Below the pieces are notes generated by a model that was given only the letters and a program-made list of their open reading frames with translations, was not told the DNA's origin and did not search any database. A DNA stretch of 64,000 bases, from positions 12,890,716 through 12,954,715 of the forward strand of contig CP154954.1 in NCBI GenBank assembly GCA_039621445.1, given 5' to 3'. Shown here in pieces: positions 1 to 13,872 of this stretch; positions within the stretch are counted from its first letter, which is position 1; each line of letters begins with the position of its first letter. A program made the translations under genes and the position numbers. Origin of the DNA: Euglena gracilis. Its lineage: Eukaryota.

Positions 1-1705
1 GGGGTCCTGATTAGTGTTTAATATCCTTGTTCTTTTGCGCCTCGCCGATACATCGTCACGCCACAGTTTAGGGGAGGGGGGCACTCCCCGCCTCCTTAAA
101 CCACAAGGGTTAGTTGGACCACCTGCCTGGCCTAGTGTCCAACATTGGGTTGGCTGCCTTGGAAACCCCCTCAAACAGTCAGATGCACTCGCCGCTGCCG
201 TCCCAGCGCAGGCGGTTGTCTTGTGTGAACAACCCGTTAGTTCCTGTTGTGCTGCTGTTGGCCGTTTTCTGGATGCACCCCGACCCAAGCCCCCATCGTC
301 AGAAGCGCATTAATGGGGCACTGGACCACTCTCTGCACAAAAAAAATTACAAAAAAAAAAAACAGCTTTTCCTGATTGGCAGAATGTGGCTTCGGTGACG
401 TGTGTGTTTCTGTGGTCGCTTCGTCAATTCACAAATCAGGTGAGTTGAGAACATTTTGAAAATGAAGATTTGCTGAAATGGATTCAAGAGGGTCGGCAGG
501 GTTATGTGCAACGACCTCCCCTCTTCTGGTCCGATGCGATCATTCTGGATACATTGGGTCCATAAATATATGTTTTTTTGTTGTTGTTTTTTGCTAATAA
601 AAGTACATAAATAAGCAAATAAAAATACACAGTGAAATGAAAGAAATAAATGAAACATGGTGAAATGACCAAACATGGAAAATATTACAATAAACTGCTG
701 AAAATTTTAATATGACTCGGAAAAAGGGCGACTCAAGATGTCAAAGTTGACGTGAATTTTTAAAAGCGGCTTGCCATTGTGCAAGCTTGCAATAAAATGA
801 CCAACAATGACTAAAAGTGGCCAGAAACGGCAAACTGGCCAAAAATGACGCTCAGACGGTCAAAAATGGCCAAAGAAATGAAATCAGTCAAAAAAAAAAA
901 CGGACAAAAAATCCCAGGCACCTGCCCCCCCCAACCCTCTCCCTGCATGCAAATTTGGCACCCCTGAAGCGTGCCCCCCTATTTTTTAACGTTTTTGGCT
1001 CACGTTGCAACTGGCCCGCTCGTTACCAGATTCCAAAACCAGAACCACAGAACCAGAACACTGATTGGGACTGGTGGTCAAACTTTTCGTGCGAAACTGG
1101 ACAGCTGACTCAGGAATTTCAACAGTGCAGACACAAAACTGAAAGACGAACCAGCAAACAGCAGAAACACACTGCAGCAGCAACAAGCAGCAGTCATTCT
1201 TTGGTGCTCCCAATGATCTCCCAAGGAAGGTGTGAGAGAGAGTGTGAGAGCTGCCAACCCGCCCCTTTTCACTCAAAAACTCCCTAAAAATAAAAATAAA
1301 ATGCAATTTTTGAAACAAGCCGCGAGGGGGATCGAACACACCCTGGGCAGGGTGAAAGATCCGACGCAAAGGGGTGCCAGCCACGGAAAAACGGAAATTG
1401 GGGTTCCAGGTACACCGATACAACATGGTTGCAGAGGTAGACTGCCCAATTTTGACTCCCCTCCAACGTGCGGTTGCGAACAACGCCAGAGGCTGTAAAA
1501 ACTGACGCTGACATGCCAGCTGCCCCAACCGCCAATACTGGGGTGGTGGAGCCAGCGGATGGCTGCTCAGCCATGTACCAACCACTGGAGACGCCAGCTG
1601 CCTTAACCACCATCGCCTCACCGACATTACAGTGCCAAAGACATGCAATGACAGCCCACTTCTAAATTTCTAAACACACAAATTTGCCCCCTGGGGTTGC
1701 CCCCC

Positions 1706-2291
1706 CAGGGCAGAACGGGAATCGGCCGAACAGCCAGGGTGGGTGCCCCCCCCCACCATCTCTTCCCGTTTTTCCGGGAGCACCAATTTTTGGACCCGAA
1801 AAAAAATTTTACCCATTTTGGGACCCATGTAGGGGGTCCCCCCAAAAACCACCCAAAACCCCATTTTTTTCACAGCTTCCAAAAATTCAACATTTTCTCA
1901 AAGTTTTGATTTTGAGAGGTTTATGAAGCAAAAAAATGCCATTGAAAGTCCAAAAAAATTCAACAAGAAAAAAAATGTCAGTAAAATTTGACTGTGCCAA
2001 TATTTGGTCCACTTTTTTTTGACCTGAGTTTTTTTCAAACCCCCCCTAAAAAGTACCAATTTTTTAGCCCTGATTTTTTTTGAGATTTTTTTTCTGAAAA
2101 AAATGTGGTTTTCCATCAAAAAATCATGTGTATTAGGTTCATTTTTTAAAAAAGATTTCAAATTTTTTCTGGCCAAAATCCCCGTTTTTCCGAAATCGAT
2201 GAAACTGCTGTGATGGGTGGGGGCGGTCGACCCACCCCCCACCTCCCGGGGGGGGGGGTGACCCCCCACCAGGCCTTCTCGTTCTGCCCTG
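1706..2291. mobile_element. hAT-like MITE
   Basis: Perfect 12-bp TIR CAGGGCAGAACG/CGTTCTGCCCTG. Absent at the paralogous site in copy B (~38775). TSD only partly matches (poly-C context). Confidence 0.7.
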
Positions 2292-4285
2292 CCTCCCCCG
2301 GTGCTGGCCTTCAATCATGGCCTGGGAGGAGAGGAAGATCACACGCGGCGATGTTTTCGCCGATCTGTGCTTTCTTCCCTCCACTTGTCTGTGGACCCCG
2401 GAATATTAACCCTTCCAAAAATGAGACCCCACAAAAAATAAGACTTATCGTGGGCCGTTCAACAGGCGGGGGGAACCGATATGTGCAATTTTCATACAAT
2501 TTACGTAATCTTTCGCAGTTTTCCCGCAATCTTCGCAATTTTTCCGCAACTGTTCCGTATTTTTTCATGTTCCACAATGAGTTCTGGCCATTCCCTGAAC
2601 GTTCCAAAAGAGAACCAAGGTTATTTTTTTTTATTTGTTGCAAATTTGCCAAGATTTGTCAAAGTTTATAAATTTTGACAAAATTTGGCGATTTCTGGGC
2701 ATTTTTAGGCTTTCCCCAATTTCTGCTGAGAATGATGAAAAAGGTTTGACTGAAAAAATCTGCATCCTGGATTAGTTTTCACCTGAGACCAAATTTTTAG
2801 ACAATTTTTTGCCGTTTTTGACTTCTTTACCAAATAAATGCCATATTTCCAGAAGTTCCAAAAGTTGTGTTTTTGGACCTTTTTTGGTGGAAAGAGGTGA
2901 ATTATGGCTCAAAATTTCCATCGATGTTGAAAACTGACCAAATTTGAGAAACCTCCAGCAGAAGTGTGTTTATTCCCAAAACCGCAATTTGTGCATTTTT
3001 TTTGCCAATTTTTCTGCAATTCCCACAATTTTTCAGCAATTTTTCTGCAATTGGTCCACCCCCCCCCCCTGCGACTGAGCAAAACTTCAAAATAAGATCC
3101 CGCAACAAGACTCCTGGTGCAAAGCGTCGGGGAGGGCCGCTTTTTCTTGAAAATTTTGGTGGTTTACCCCAACAATCTATCATGTCTTGCTCTGGGGGGG
3201 GGGGGCTGCCTAGGGTCCATTAGCTGGCAATTTTGCTGGTCACTAGGTTCCCCAGACCGTGAATCCCGCTCAATCCTTGACACAAAAATGATGAAGTTCT
3301 AGGGTTTTTTGAAGTGCAAAAAAAATGTGGTAAAATTACACCAATTTCCACATTGCGCACCGAAGGAATTTTTTTAGTGCTTTTGGGAACCTGAAAAATA
3401 ATGATTATTCTGGGCCCCGGTTGGTCAAGGAAAAATGCAAATATAGGATCTTCCCGGAACAAGACCCTGGAGGTTTCCAGCAATGGACCCAAAGTTAGAC
3501 TCAGGTCATATTTTGGGCGGGGATCACGTGAGCGTTGGTCCAGACAAACCTCCACCCCCCTTCAGACTGATGGAGGATCCGGGACCCCCCAGAAACCCAA
3601 AAAAGAAGACAACTTTTTTTTTCTCCGGTGCATTGCACCAGAATTTTTTTTCGTGTCTATTTTGGCCTATTTTTCAAGAAGAATTTGGAAAACGCGATTT
3701 TTGGGGTTTTTCAAGTCCCAAAAAATTTCCGCCTTTTTTTTCCCCGGGAGGGAGTCCAACCCTCCCTTTCGGTGGTGTCCAGACCACTCCCTTCTTGCCT
3801 GCTCATTTCGTAACCTGGTCGACCTCCTTCCTGGTCAGAGACAGAAAAATGTTTTAGCGGCTGCCTCCCTGGTGAGAGACAAACATTCATGGTTGTTGAA
3901 CAGGGATGGGAGGTTGTTGGGTGGAAAAGGACCAGCCTGGACGCAAATGAACAATGCAACCCCAGTCCTGGTGGTCAGGCTTCTTCATAAGGGTTCGCAT
4001 TCCAACCCTGGGGGGGTCGACTGAAGCTAGTCCGAGTTGGGCTTGGACCCCGGGGGGGGGGGGTCCACTTGCAGGCTTGGTGGTGGTTTTTTTTTAACAA
4101 GTCACCGGCGCCAAGCGAGAAATTTTTACTTGAACCCCAAACCTTCCAAAAGTGCCCGTCTTTTTTTTTGGAACTTTTTTGGAACAAGCCGAAAAAAACA
4201 CCCACCAAAAACCCATCCACTCGGCGCAGCCAGTTGGTGTGTGTTTTCCAGTGGATTTCCAGTGGGGGATTTTAGGGACCCGGAC

Positions 4286-4543
4286 CAGGCTTCTTTTTAA
4301 GTAAGAAGACCCCCCCCCCTGGGGGGGAGGGGGGTGGGTGGGTGGGTCCGGGCCGGCCCCCCCCCCGGGTTGGGGGCTCCTGCGCCGGAGGCGCCGGGTA
4401 TACCTTTTCGGCGCAAAGCGCCAAATTTTTTTGAAAATTGCCTTTAACGGGCCCGATTTTGGGGGTCCCCGCCCCCCCAGGGGGGTCCCGCGCCACCCTG
4501 GGTGGGTGGGGGGACCCCCCCGGGGGTCTTGAAAAGAAGCCTG
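4286..4543. mobile_element. hAT-like MITE
   Basis: TIR CAGGCTTCTTTT/AAAAGAAGCCTG. Perfect 8-bp TSD ACCCGGAC (4278-4285, 4544-4551). Empty site in copy B ~40450. Confidence 0.9.
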
Positions 4544-5110
4544 ACCCGGACTCCGGACCTCCCAGCAGAGAGTGGCCCAGTAAGTGGCTTTTCTAGTGGC
4601 AAGTTTCAGAACCCCCGGGATCTCAAGGGAAAGCCTGGCTCTGATAATGCAATAGGTGTGTGTGTGTGTGTGGTGTGTGTGTGTGTGTGTGTGTGTTTAT
4701 GCTTGTGTGCAGTTGTGTGTTTGTTTTTTTTAAATTACAGGTCCTGGTTTTCCATTGGAAATTGTCCAATCATGCTGGTTTTTCGCATCGGCACTCGATT
4801 CGGCTGCACTGGTCCTGAACCTGTACACCTGCAATCTGACCAAGTTTTTCAAAATTCACTCTCGTTCCGCCCTGCTCACTGGAGTATGGTGGTGAGAGAG
4901 CGCTTTCTTCCTACCCCCCTCATTCGTTGCACTGCAACTGCTTTGACCGTGCCACGTCTTTGCCTGTGGTAACAGAGGATGCTTTGTTTATGGGTGTCTG
5001 TGCAGTGTCAACTGAAATGCATTCCAAACCTCCACTCCACTGGTGAATGTGTAATCAAAAAAATGCTTTTTTGCGTTTTTTCTTGTTTGACCCCCTGTTT
5101 GTGTTTTGAG

Positions 5111-5444
5111 CAGGCTGAAGCACTGACCGGGGGGTGGTTGACTGGTTTTTTCAGAGTGATTGACTGGTTTTTGGCCTGGACCCCCTCCCCCCCCCCAGGG
5201 GGGTGGTCGGCCAGGAGTGGGCAAAAGTGGCTTGAGTGACCCCGGCGCCGAAGGCGCTGGATAATTTTTTTTGGCCTAAAATGGCCGTTTTTCTGGAAAA
5301 TGGAAAGTGGCCGTTTTTCTGAGTGGCCGACCACCCCCCCCCCGGGGGGGGGTAGTGGCTGGCTGGTTTTTGAAAATGAGTGACTGACTGGTTTTTAAAA
5401 AAGTGGAGTGACCCCCCCCCCGGGGGTCGGTAAAAAATTGTGTG
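5111..5444. mobile_element. hAT-like MITE, right TIR decayed
   Basis: Starts CAGGC. Perfect 8-bp TSD GTTTTGAG (5103-5110, 5445-5452). Absent from the paralog near 45330. Confidence 0.7.
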
Positions 5445-7278
5445 GTTTTGAGGTGGCTACCCCCCATGTGTGATGAACCCCCTGGCCCAATGAACAGGGG
5501 GTCCGGACTTTCCAACTTTTCATCTTTTACAGCAATGCAAATGCCCATACACTCATGCTCAAAAATTTTGCCCGATTCGGAATCCCTTGATTTTATTTTG
5601 GTGTTCATTCGGCTTGGGGGGGGTTCATGAAACATTGCTGCACAATAAAAATTAACCTCAGTTTTATGGATTCCGGATTATTTCACATTCTCCTTTGGAG
5701 AGTGGTCAACCAACGATGGTGGGTTAGGCGTGAACCGTCATTGCTTGATGGAACAAGATATCGGAAGACTTGGCACAATGCAGCTTTCATGGCATGGCCT
5801 CTTTCCAACCCATGGCAACCTGCTGAAGCGTCCCCCACTGGCTGCATCATTTGTTGACCACTGGTTAACATTTGGGGGGGGTTAGCTGCAGGTGAGATTC
5901 TCATTCAGACGGACCAATGCAATGTCCAATGTAACTCAAGCAGCTCCCCCAATTTTATATTTTGGTGGAATTTCAAGGTCCTCATCTTCCCCAATAATGT
6001 GCATTTTCTTGTCCAAAATGGACGATTTCTGGGGAAAAAAATTCTGGTTTCTCCTGCATGCCACCATGGGTTTATGTTTGAGGGGTTATGTTTGGGGGTT
6101 TTGCACTATTTTTATGTACTACTCCTGAATACCTGGGACAAGGAGGGCGTTGTCTTTCAGAAGTTGAAAGTAGGAAGTTTGACTGATTCAGCCTGCGTCC
6201 ATCAACCAACCGCTCCTGCCGACACCTGATCGTACAGCTTCCCACGCTTTCCACGGCCCATGCTTTTTCTGTTGTTCTGAAAAAAAACTGAATTTGTGAG
6301 TTAATTCTGACGTCAAACCCACTGGGTCACGAGGGTTACCTTGGCCCCCTATTACTTACATGCAAGCTTGGCCCCCCAAAGTTGGCCTTTTCTGCAAATT
6401 TGCAATCTTGGCCTTTAGTAAAGTTTTTTTTTCCCACAGATCTTGCAGAATACTCACCGAAATCTCAAGGATTCCAATTTCGCGCTATGGTTTTTCCAGG
6501 CAGGAGGAAATGCTATCTGGACCTGTTTTCCTTCCCAAGTCTGTGATGACCAAGGTGCCTGCTTTTGGGGAGGGTGTTACACAGAGTCTGGACAGAAATA
6601 CATGGGAACCAAAAATGATGAAGAATCGACAACATTGTGAGATCATCCACGTGAAAAGACAAAAAAGTAGCAAAATTTGATCTTCCTCGTGCTCGTGGGA
6701 TAAGCACAAAATATAAAACTAAAACAAAGATTTATTTCAAAGCAGTGGGTGGGAACTCTGTGGTGCAGACATTTTTTCGCTGGCTCTGCTTTCTTCTTTA
6801 CGTGGAAACAGCATGCCAGGTTGAAACAACGGGTTTTTGGCGCGCACGGGGATCCTGGACCCCCCCTCCCTGCGATGAACATTCACCGGGGAAAGGGGGG
6901 GTACCGGGCGGTGAATGTCACCATTTTGAGCGTTTGGGTGTTTTTTTTTTTTGCTTTGTCATATTTTGTTCTTTTTCCTCTAAAAATGACTATTTTGATG
7001 CCATTTGGTCGGAAATTTTGATAAAAGCTTCACCGGTGAAGTTCACCATTGGTTTATGCGAGGGAGGGAAGGTGTCCAGGACCCCCCAGTGAAGTTTCAA
7101 ACGGTGAGCCTCACCACAGGGGGGAGGTCCAAGATGACCAATACTGCCGGATCTCCAAGGCTGATGGCGGCCGGGAGTCCAAGATTCAACAGACAAAATT
7201 CTTCCCAATGCGAAAAAACCTTCTGGTCGCCTTCGGTGGCCGGCTTTTTGCAAAAAAAATTGGGGGTTGTTGCATTAT

Positions 7279-7488
7279 GGTGGGCTTCCTACTCATGACG
7301 GCGACAGGCACCGTACGCTTGGCCCGTGCGTCTTCTGGAGTAGGAGCCCTATCCTCCCCAACCAATTGATACTGGCTCGCATCCACTCTTAAAACAAATT
7401 GTTTGTCTGGATTAACGTGTTTTAGAATTAATTCATTGCACAACAGTGATTTCATTTTTTAAAATGTCACCATGTCGGATGGGTCCCA
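7279..7488 (-). pseudogene. Ty3/Gypsy Pol relic (RT connection-RNase H start)
   Basis: WDPSDMVTF/(frameshift)MKSLLCNELILKHVNPDKQFVLRVDASQY...RTVPVAVMSRKPT fits the Gypsy pattern W..AF..LK..L....L...D..KPF.L..DAS...PVAF.SRKL. The GAVL segment is missing. Confidence 0.8.
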
Positions 7489-9512
7489 AGCAGGGGTTTT
7501 TTTAGTCTTGGACCCCCTCCCCCGGGGGGGAGGGGGGGTAGGGTGGGTGGGTCCCTTGGACCCCCTCACCGGAGGCAGAGGGTGACAATCCAGCCCCCGG
7601 TGACACATCTCAAAACAGGAAAGGGCTCGCCCAGTCCAGGGATGCAATTCCACCCAGGGTTTCACCATCCATAGGCCAGAGACGCCGATACCGCGGACGT
7701 TATTGTGTCCTTGGGGGGCACACCTCTTGCAATCTGAAGTGTGCCACTGAGTCCGGGTTATATCGGACCTTCTTTCATCCCCCAACCTTGACCGCTTTGC
7801 GGGGTAGCAGTGTGCTGGCTTGACCTCGCTGAACCATCAAATGTGCTGGAGGGAGCTACCCGTGGGACACTTCACAGGCAATTTTCCGCGACACCTGTTA
7901 TTTGGTTTGCGAGAATGACAAACATTGTGTGTTGCTCCGATTTTTTCCCTTCCGATTTTAGTGGTGTATGGACCGGACATTTCCCCCTGACTATGGACAA
8001 AGAAATTGCAAGCAAAAAAGCAACGTTATGAAAGTCTCGGAAATTCAAACAGAGCCGCCATGGAGGCTTTCAAACCCACGGGGACATGCCCCACAACGTG
8101 GGAACGTGCCTTCGACCATGGCGCCTGCCATTGCAGAAGCAGAGAAGCTTTCAGAGAGATTGCATCTTGTCCACCCCCGGAACTGTCTGTGTCGGGTGTG
8201 CCGCCCCATACCCCTGTGACATGCCCCCCCCCCCCCCGGCGAAGGGCAGTGCTCGGCGAGGGGGACCTGATTTTTTAAACTATCTGACACGCATTTTCGA
8301 ATAATTTCTGTTTTTTAATATTGTTTTCTATTTTCTGCTTTTTTCAATCTGGCAACTCCGTAGTTGGCAAAGTACAAGAACCCTAGAGCGGCTCGTGCAT
8401 TGAAAATGAACAAAGAAGCAAAGTTACTGGAATACAACAGAACAGTCAACAAAAAAATAACAACAACAACAAAAAACACAAACAAATTGTATTATGAGAA
8501 AGGGCTCAAGAAACCATGTAAATGTGACATAAATTGAAACAATCAAACAAGGTAAAGCAGAATAGAAATAAACAGAGCAGCATCTGGGAGCATAATTTGC
8601 GTGCATCTTCTTTGAATTTCTTCGCATACCCCAGTTTGTGGCCTGTCGGATGGTTCCACTTTCCGCTGTCAGGAATACCTCCAATTGTCTAGCACACTTG
8701 GAAATGTTTTGTGACTTCGAAAGCAGTGTTTTCTTCAGGTGATGGCTGCGACCCACAGCCCTTTTCCAGCTAAAAATTAAGGTTATCAAAACCCAAACAC
8801 CCACCCTCAAAAACACCCACTTTTGACCATTTTTGGACCGAATTTCTCCATTTGCATCCAAAAAAAAATCCCCAGCCCACCAGTACACGGGACATCTCCC
8901 ACCCGCCCCCCACCGTAACTCTCACTCTCCATTCATTGAGGGCATTGAATTTTTTCGACTTTCCCCCTGAATTGGTCAGAAATGCCCCCAAAGGAGTGGT
9001 GGGTTCTGCTTGTGTCTCCCCTTCTCAGGGTAGTTAGTATAGAAGCTCCGCAGACATGAGGTAGATGGGGACCCCTAGGGGGTCACCCCCCTCCCCCCCA
9101 TCCCCCTTTCTAGTTTTGGAAGTGGGTCCGCCACCCCCCCTCCTCTGCGGGGGCAAAATAAAAAATCTTCCGGTGCTTCGCGCCGGGGGTGTATACTAGG
9201 ACCCACTTGAGGCTCAAAGTAATAATATGCACTCGATGGCGAGAATTTCCAGCTACCAAAACTGGAGATAGGAGGGGTGTTTGCCCCCCCTCCCCAGATT
9301 CCCAAACAAGCCTGCCCCTCCTTCTCCGGAAAATCGCCGCCGTGATTCACGCGGTCACACGCCTCCCAGTCACATCCCGTGCCCTGGGGCCCAGTGCCGG
9401 CCCCCTCACTCGCCCCCACCACGCGTGCTGCCTTCCGCCTCGGTCGCCTCCATCCCCAGGGTGGGACGCGCTGCCAGTTGCCCAGGCGCTGATGCCATTT
9501 TCCATGAAGAGA

Positions 9513-12500
9513 CCATGGAAGCTGAGGACCACCCTCGGTAAGTCTCGCGGATTTAGTCACCCCTTTTCACCCCAGGGTTTCACACTTTCTTTTTGACAAT
9601 CAACAGAAAGATTCAGGGTCCTTTGGTTAATGAAGGTTGCCCATTGTTCTTTTTTCCCCATTGGGCCACAGAGACCCCCGCCCAGGCTTATGGTTGGGAC
9701 AGTCCGTTGCGGTATATCATTTGCAGTTATAAGACGCTGTTCTTGAAACTCTTTCTTTGTTGTTGGATATTTTATTTTTGCGTCTCTTTGTTATGAGCAT
9801 GTGTTGACTTGAAAGTTTTGGTTAGAAATGATTCCGATTCAAATCTGACTTTGGGGCCAAGGTTTGATATAAGGAGGGCGTACATGGTTTAGGTGGGGGG
9901 TGTCCCGCCCACGCCCCCCCCCCCTCCTGGCCCGGGGGGGGTCCGGACCACCCCCCCACACCTGCCAGTGTGGGCCGGATCGACCCTGGGGGGGGGTACC
10001 CAGGACCCCCCAAAAGGGCCAATTTTTTCCTCCGGCGCTTCGCGCCGAATTTTTTTTGCATTTTTTGGCAAATTTTAGCCCCAAAAGTGCCCAAAAGGGC
10101 ACTTTTGGTCGGTTTGGGGGGTCTCAAAAATTTTCGGCTGGTGCTTCGCGCTGGGCCGAAAATCGGTCACTCGGGCCCCCCGCACACCCCTGTTTAGGTG
10201 GGGGGGGTGTTGTCCCCCCCCCCCCCCCCCCCTCCTGGCCTGCAGGGGGGGGTCCCAACGCCCCCCCCCACCTGTCCTTACATCGTACCCTGTTTGAGGC
10301 CCAGTTTTCAGCTGAGACCTTTTTCATTAGAAACGCGAGAAAGGGAAAAAAATATTTATTATATTATTAATTGTATTTATGTCACAACAATACAAACGTT
10401 TGGAAGTCCATGGAAGCTGAGGACCACCCTCGGTAAGTCTCGCAGATTTAGTCACCCCTTTTCACCCCAGGGTTTCACACTTTCTTTTTGACAATCAACA
10501 GAAAGATTCAGGGTCCTTTGGTAATGAAGGTGCCCATTGTTCTTTTTTCCCCATTGGGCCACAGAGACCCCCCGCCAGGCTTATGGTTGGGACAGTCCGT
10601 TGCGGTATATCATTTGCAGTTATAAGACGCTGTTCTTGAAACTCTTTCTTTGTGTTGGATATTTTATTTTTGCGTCTCTTTGTTATGAGCATGTGTTGAC
10701 TTGGAAAGTTTTGGTTAGAAATGATTGGGATTCAAATCTTACTTTGGGGGCAAGGTTTGATATAAGGAGGGCGCGTACATGGTTTAGGTGGGGGTTTGTT
10801 TTTGTCCCCCCAACCCCCCCCCCCCCCCCCCCCCCCCCCCTCCTGGCCCGCAGGGGGGGTCCGGACCACCCCCCCCACCTGCCAGGGGGGTCCGGATCGA
10901 CCCTGGGGGGGTACCCAGGACCCCCCAAAAAGGGTCAATTTTTTTGCATTTTTTGGCACGTTTTAGCCCCAAAAGTGCCCAAAATGGCACTCTTGGTCGT
11001 TTTGGGGGGTCAAAAATTTTCGGCTGGCGCTTCGCGCCGGGCCGAAAATCGGTCACTCGGGCCGCACCCCTGTTTAGGTGGGGGGGGTGCCCCCCCGCCC
11101 CCCCCACCTCCTGGCCTGCAGGGGCGGTCCGGACCACCCCCCCCACCTGTCCTTACATCGCACCCTGTTTGGGGCCCAATTTTCAGCTGAGACCTTTTTC
11201 ATTAGAAACGTGAGAAACGGAAAAAAATATTATTATATTATTAATTGTATTTATGTCACAACAATACAAACGTTTGGAAGTCCATGAAAGCTGAGGACCA
11301 CCCTCGGTAAGTCTCGCGGATTTAGTCACCCCTTTTCACCCCAGGGTTTCACACTTTCTTTTTGACAATCAACAGAAAGATTCAGGGTCCTTTGGTAATG
11401 AAGGTGCCCATTGTTCTTTTTTCCCCATTGGGCCACAGAGACCCCCCCGCCAGGCTTATGGTTGGGACAGTCCGTTGCGGTATATCATTTGCAGTTACAA
11501 GACGCTGTTCTTGAAACTCTTTCTTTGTGTTGGATATTTTATTTTTGAGTCTCTTTGTTATGAGCATGTGTTGACTTTGAAAGTTTTGGTTAGAAATGAT
11601 TCCGATTCAAATCTGACTTTGGGGCCAAGGTTTGATATAAGGAGGGCGTACATGGTTTAGGTGGGGGGTGTCCCCCCCACCCCCCCCCTCCTGGCCCGCA
11701 GGGGGGGTCCGGACCACCCCCCCCCACCTGCCAGGGGGGTCCGGATCGACCCTGGGGGGGTACCCAGGACCCTCCAAAAAGGGTCAATTTTTTTGCATTT
11801 TTTGGCACGTTTTAGCCCCAAAAGTGCCCAAAATGGCACTTTTGGTCGTTTTGGGGGGTAAAAAATTTTCGGCTGGCGCTTCGCGCCGGGCCTAAAATCG
11901 TTCACTCGGGCCGCACCCCTTTTTAGGTGGGGGGGGTGTCTCCCCCCCACCCCCCCACCTCCTGGCCTGCAGGGGGGGGTCCGGACCACCCCCCCCCACC
12001 TGTCCTTACATCGAACCCTGTTTGGGGCCCAATTTTCAGCTGAGACCTTTTTCATTAGAAACGTGAGAAACGGAAAAAATATTATTATATTATTAATTGT
12101 ATTTATGTCACAACAATACAAACGTTTGGAAGTCCATGAAAGCTGAGGACCACCCTCGGTAAGTCTCGCGGATTTAGTCACCCCTTTTCACCCCAGGGTT
12201 TCACACTTTCTTTTTGACAATTAACAGAAAGATTCAGGGTCCTTTGGTAATGAAGGTGCCCATTGTTCTTTTTTCCCCATTGGGCCACAGAGACCCCCCC
12301 CCCGCCAGGCTTATGGTTGGGACAGTCCGTTGCGGTATATCATTTGCAGTTATAAGACGCTGTTCTTGAAACTCTTTCTTTGTGTTGGATATTTTATTTT
12401 TGCGTCTCTTTGTTATGAGCATGTGTTGACTTTGAAAGTTTTGGTTAGAAATGATTCCGATTCAAATCTGACTTTGGGGCCAAGGTTTGATATAAGGAGG

Positions 12501-13872
12501 GCGTACATGGTTTAGGTGGGGGGTGTCCCCCCCACCCCCCCCCCTCCTGGCCCGCACGTGGGGTCCGGACCACCCCCCCCCACCTGCCAGGGTGGTCCGG
12601 ATCGACCCTGGGGGGGTACCCAGGACCCCCCAAAAAGGGTCATTTTTTTCCTCCGGCGCTTCGCAGCTATTTTTTTTGCATTTTTTGGCACATTTTAGCC
12701 CCAAAAGTGCCCAAAATGGCACTTTTGGTCGTTTTGGGGGGTCAAAAATTTTCGGCTGGTGCTTCGCGCCGGGCCGAAAATCGGTCACTCGGGCCGCACC
12801 CCTGTTTAGGTGGGGGGGGGTGTCCCCCCCCCACCCCCCCACCTCCTGGCCTGCAGGGGGGGTCCGGACCACCCCCCCCACCTGTCCTTACATCGAACCC
12901 TGTTTGGGGCCCAATTTTCAGCTGAGACCTTTTTCATTAGAAACGTGAGAAAGGGAAAAAAATATTATTATATTATTAATTGTATTTATGTCACAACAAT
13001 ACAAACGTTTGGAAGTCCATGGAAGCTGAGGACCACCCTCGGTAAGTCTCGCAGATTTAGTCACCCCTTTTCACCCCAGGGTTTCACACTTTCTTTTTGA
13101 CAATCAACAGAAAGATTCAGGGTCCTTTGGTAATGAAGGTGCCCATTGTTCTTTTTTCCCCATTGGGCCACAGAGACCCCCCCGCCAGGCTTATGGTTGG
13201 GACAGTCCGTTGCGGTATATCATTTGCAGTTATAAGACGCTGTTCTTGAAACTCTTTCTTTGTGTTGGATATTTTATTTTTGCGTCTCTTTGTTATGAGC
13301 ATGTGTTGACTTTGAAAGTTTTGGTTAGAAATGATTCCGATTCAAATCTGACTTTGGGGCCAAGGTTTGATATAAGGAGGGCGTACATGGTTTAGGTGGG
13401 GGGTGTCCCCCCCCCCCCCCCCCCCCCTGGCCCGCAGGGGGGGTCCGGACCACCCCCCCCCTGGGGAGGGTACCCGGGACCCCCCCCAAAAAGGGTCAAT
13501 TTTTTCCTCCGGCGCTTTGCGCCGAATTTTTTTTGCATTTTTTGGCACATTTTAGCCCCAAAAGTGCCCAAAATGGCACTTTTGGTCGTTTTGGGGGGTC
13601 AAAAATTTTCGGCTGGCACTTCGCGCCGGGCTGAAATTCGGTCACTCGGGCCGCACCCCTGTTTAGGTGGGGGGGGGTGGCCCCCCCCCACCCCCCTCCC
13701 TCCTGGCCTGCAGGGGGGGGTCCGGACCACCCCCCCCCCCACCTGTCCTTACATCGAACCCTGTTTGGGGCCCAATTTTCAGCTGAGACCTTTTTCATTA
13801 GAAACGTGAGAAACGGAAAAAAAATATTATTATATTATTAATTGTATTTATGTCACAACAATACAAACGTTT
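9513..13872 (+). repeat. Tandem array of five ~850-895-bp units
   Basis: Units start ccatg(g/a)aagctgaggaccaccctcggtaagt at 9513, 10408, 11282, 12134 and 13017. Nearly identical outside the G/C homopolymer-rich MITE part. Confidence 0.97.
9858..10292. mobile_element. hAT-like MITE in every array unit (also 10751-11167, 11626-12020, 12481-12902, 13361-13763)
   Basis: Imperfect TIR caaggtttgatataagga / tccttacatcgaaccctg. 8-bp TSD TTTGGGGC, perfect in units 3-5 and one mismatch in units 1-2. Confidence 0.85.

Noticed and set aside
1301-1665. Protein-like start MQFLKQAARGIEHTLGRVKDPT and a nearby Ala/Pro-rich frame
   Set aside because: Short, no recognisable domain or supported exon structure.
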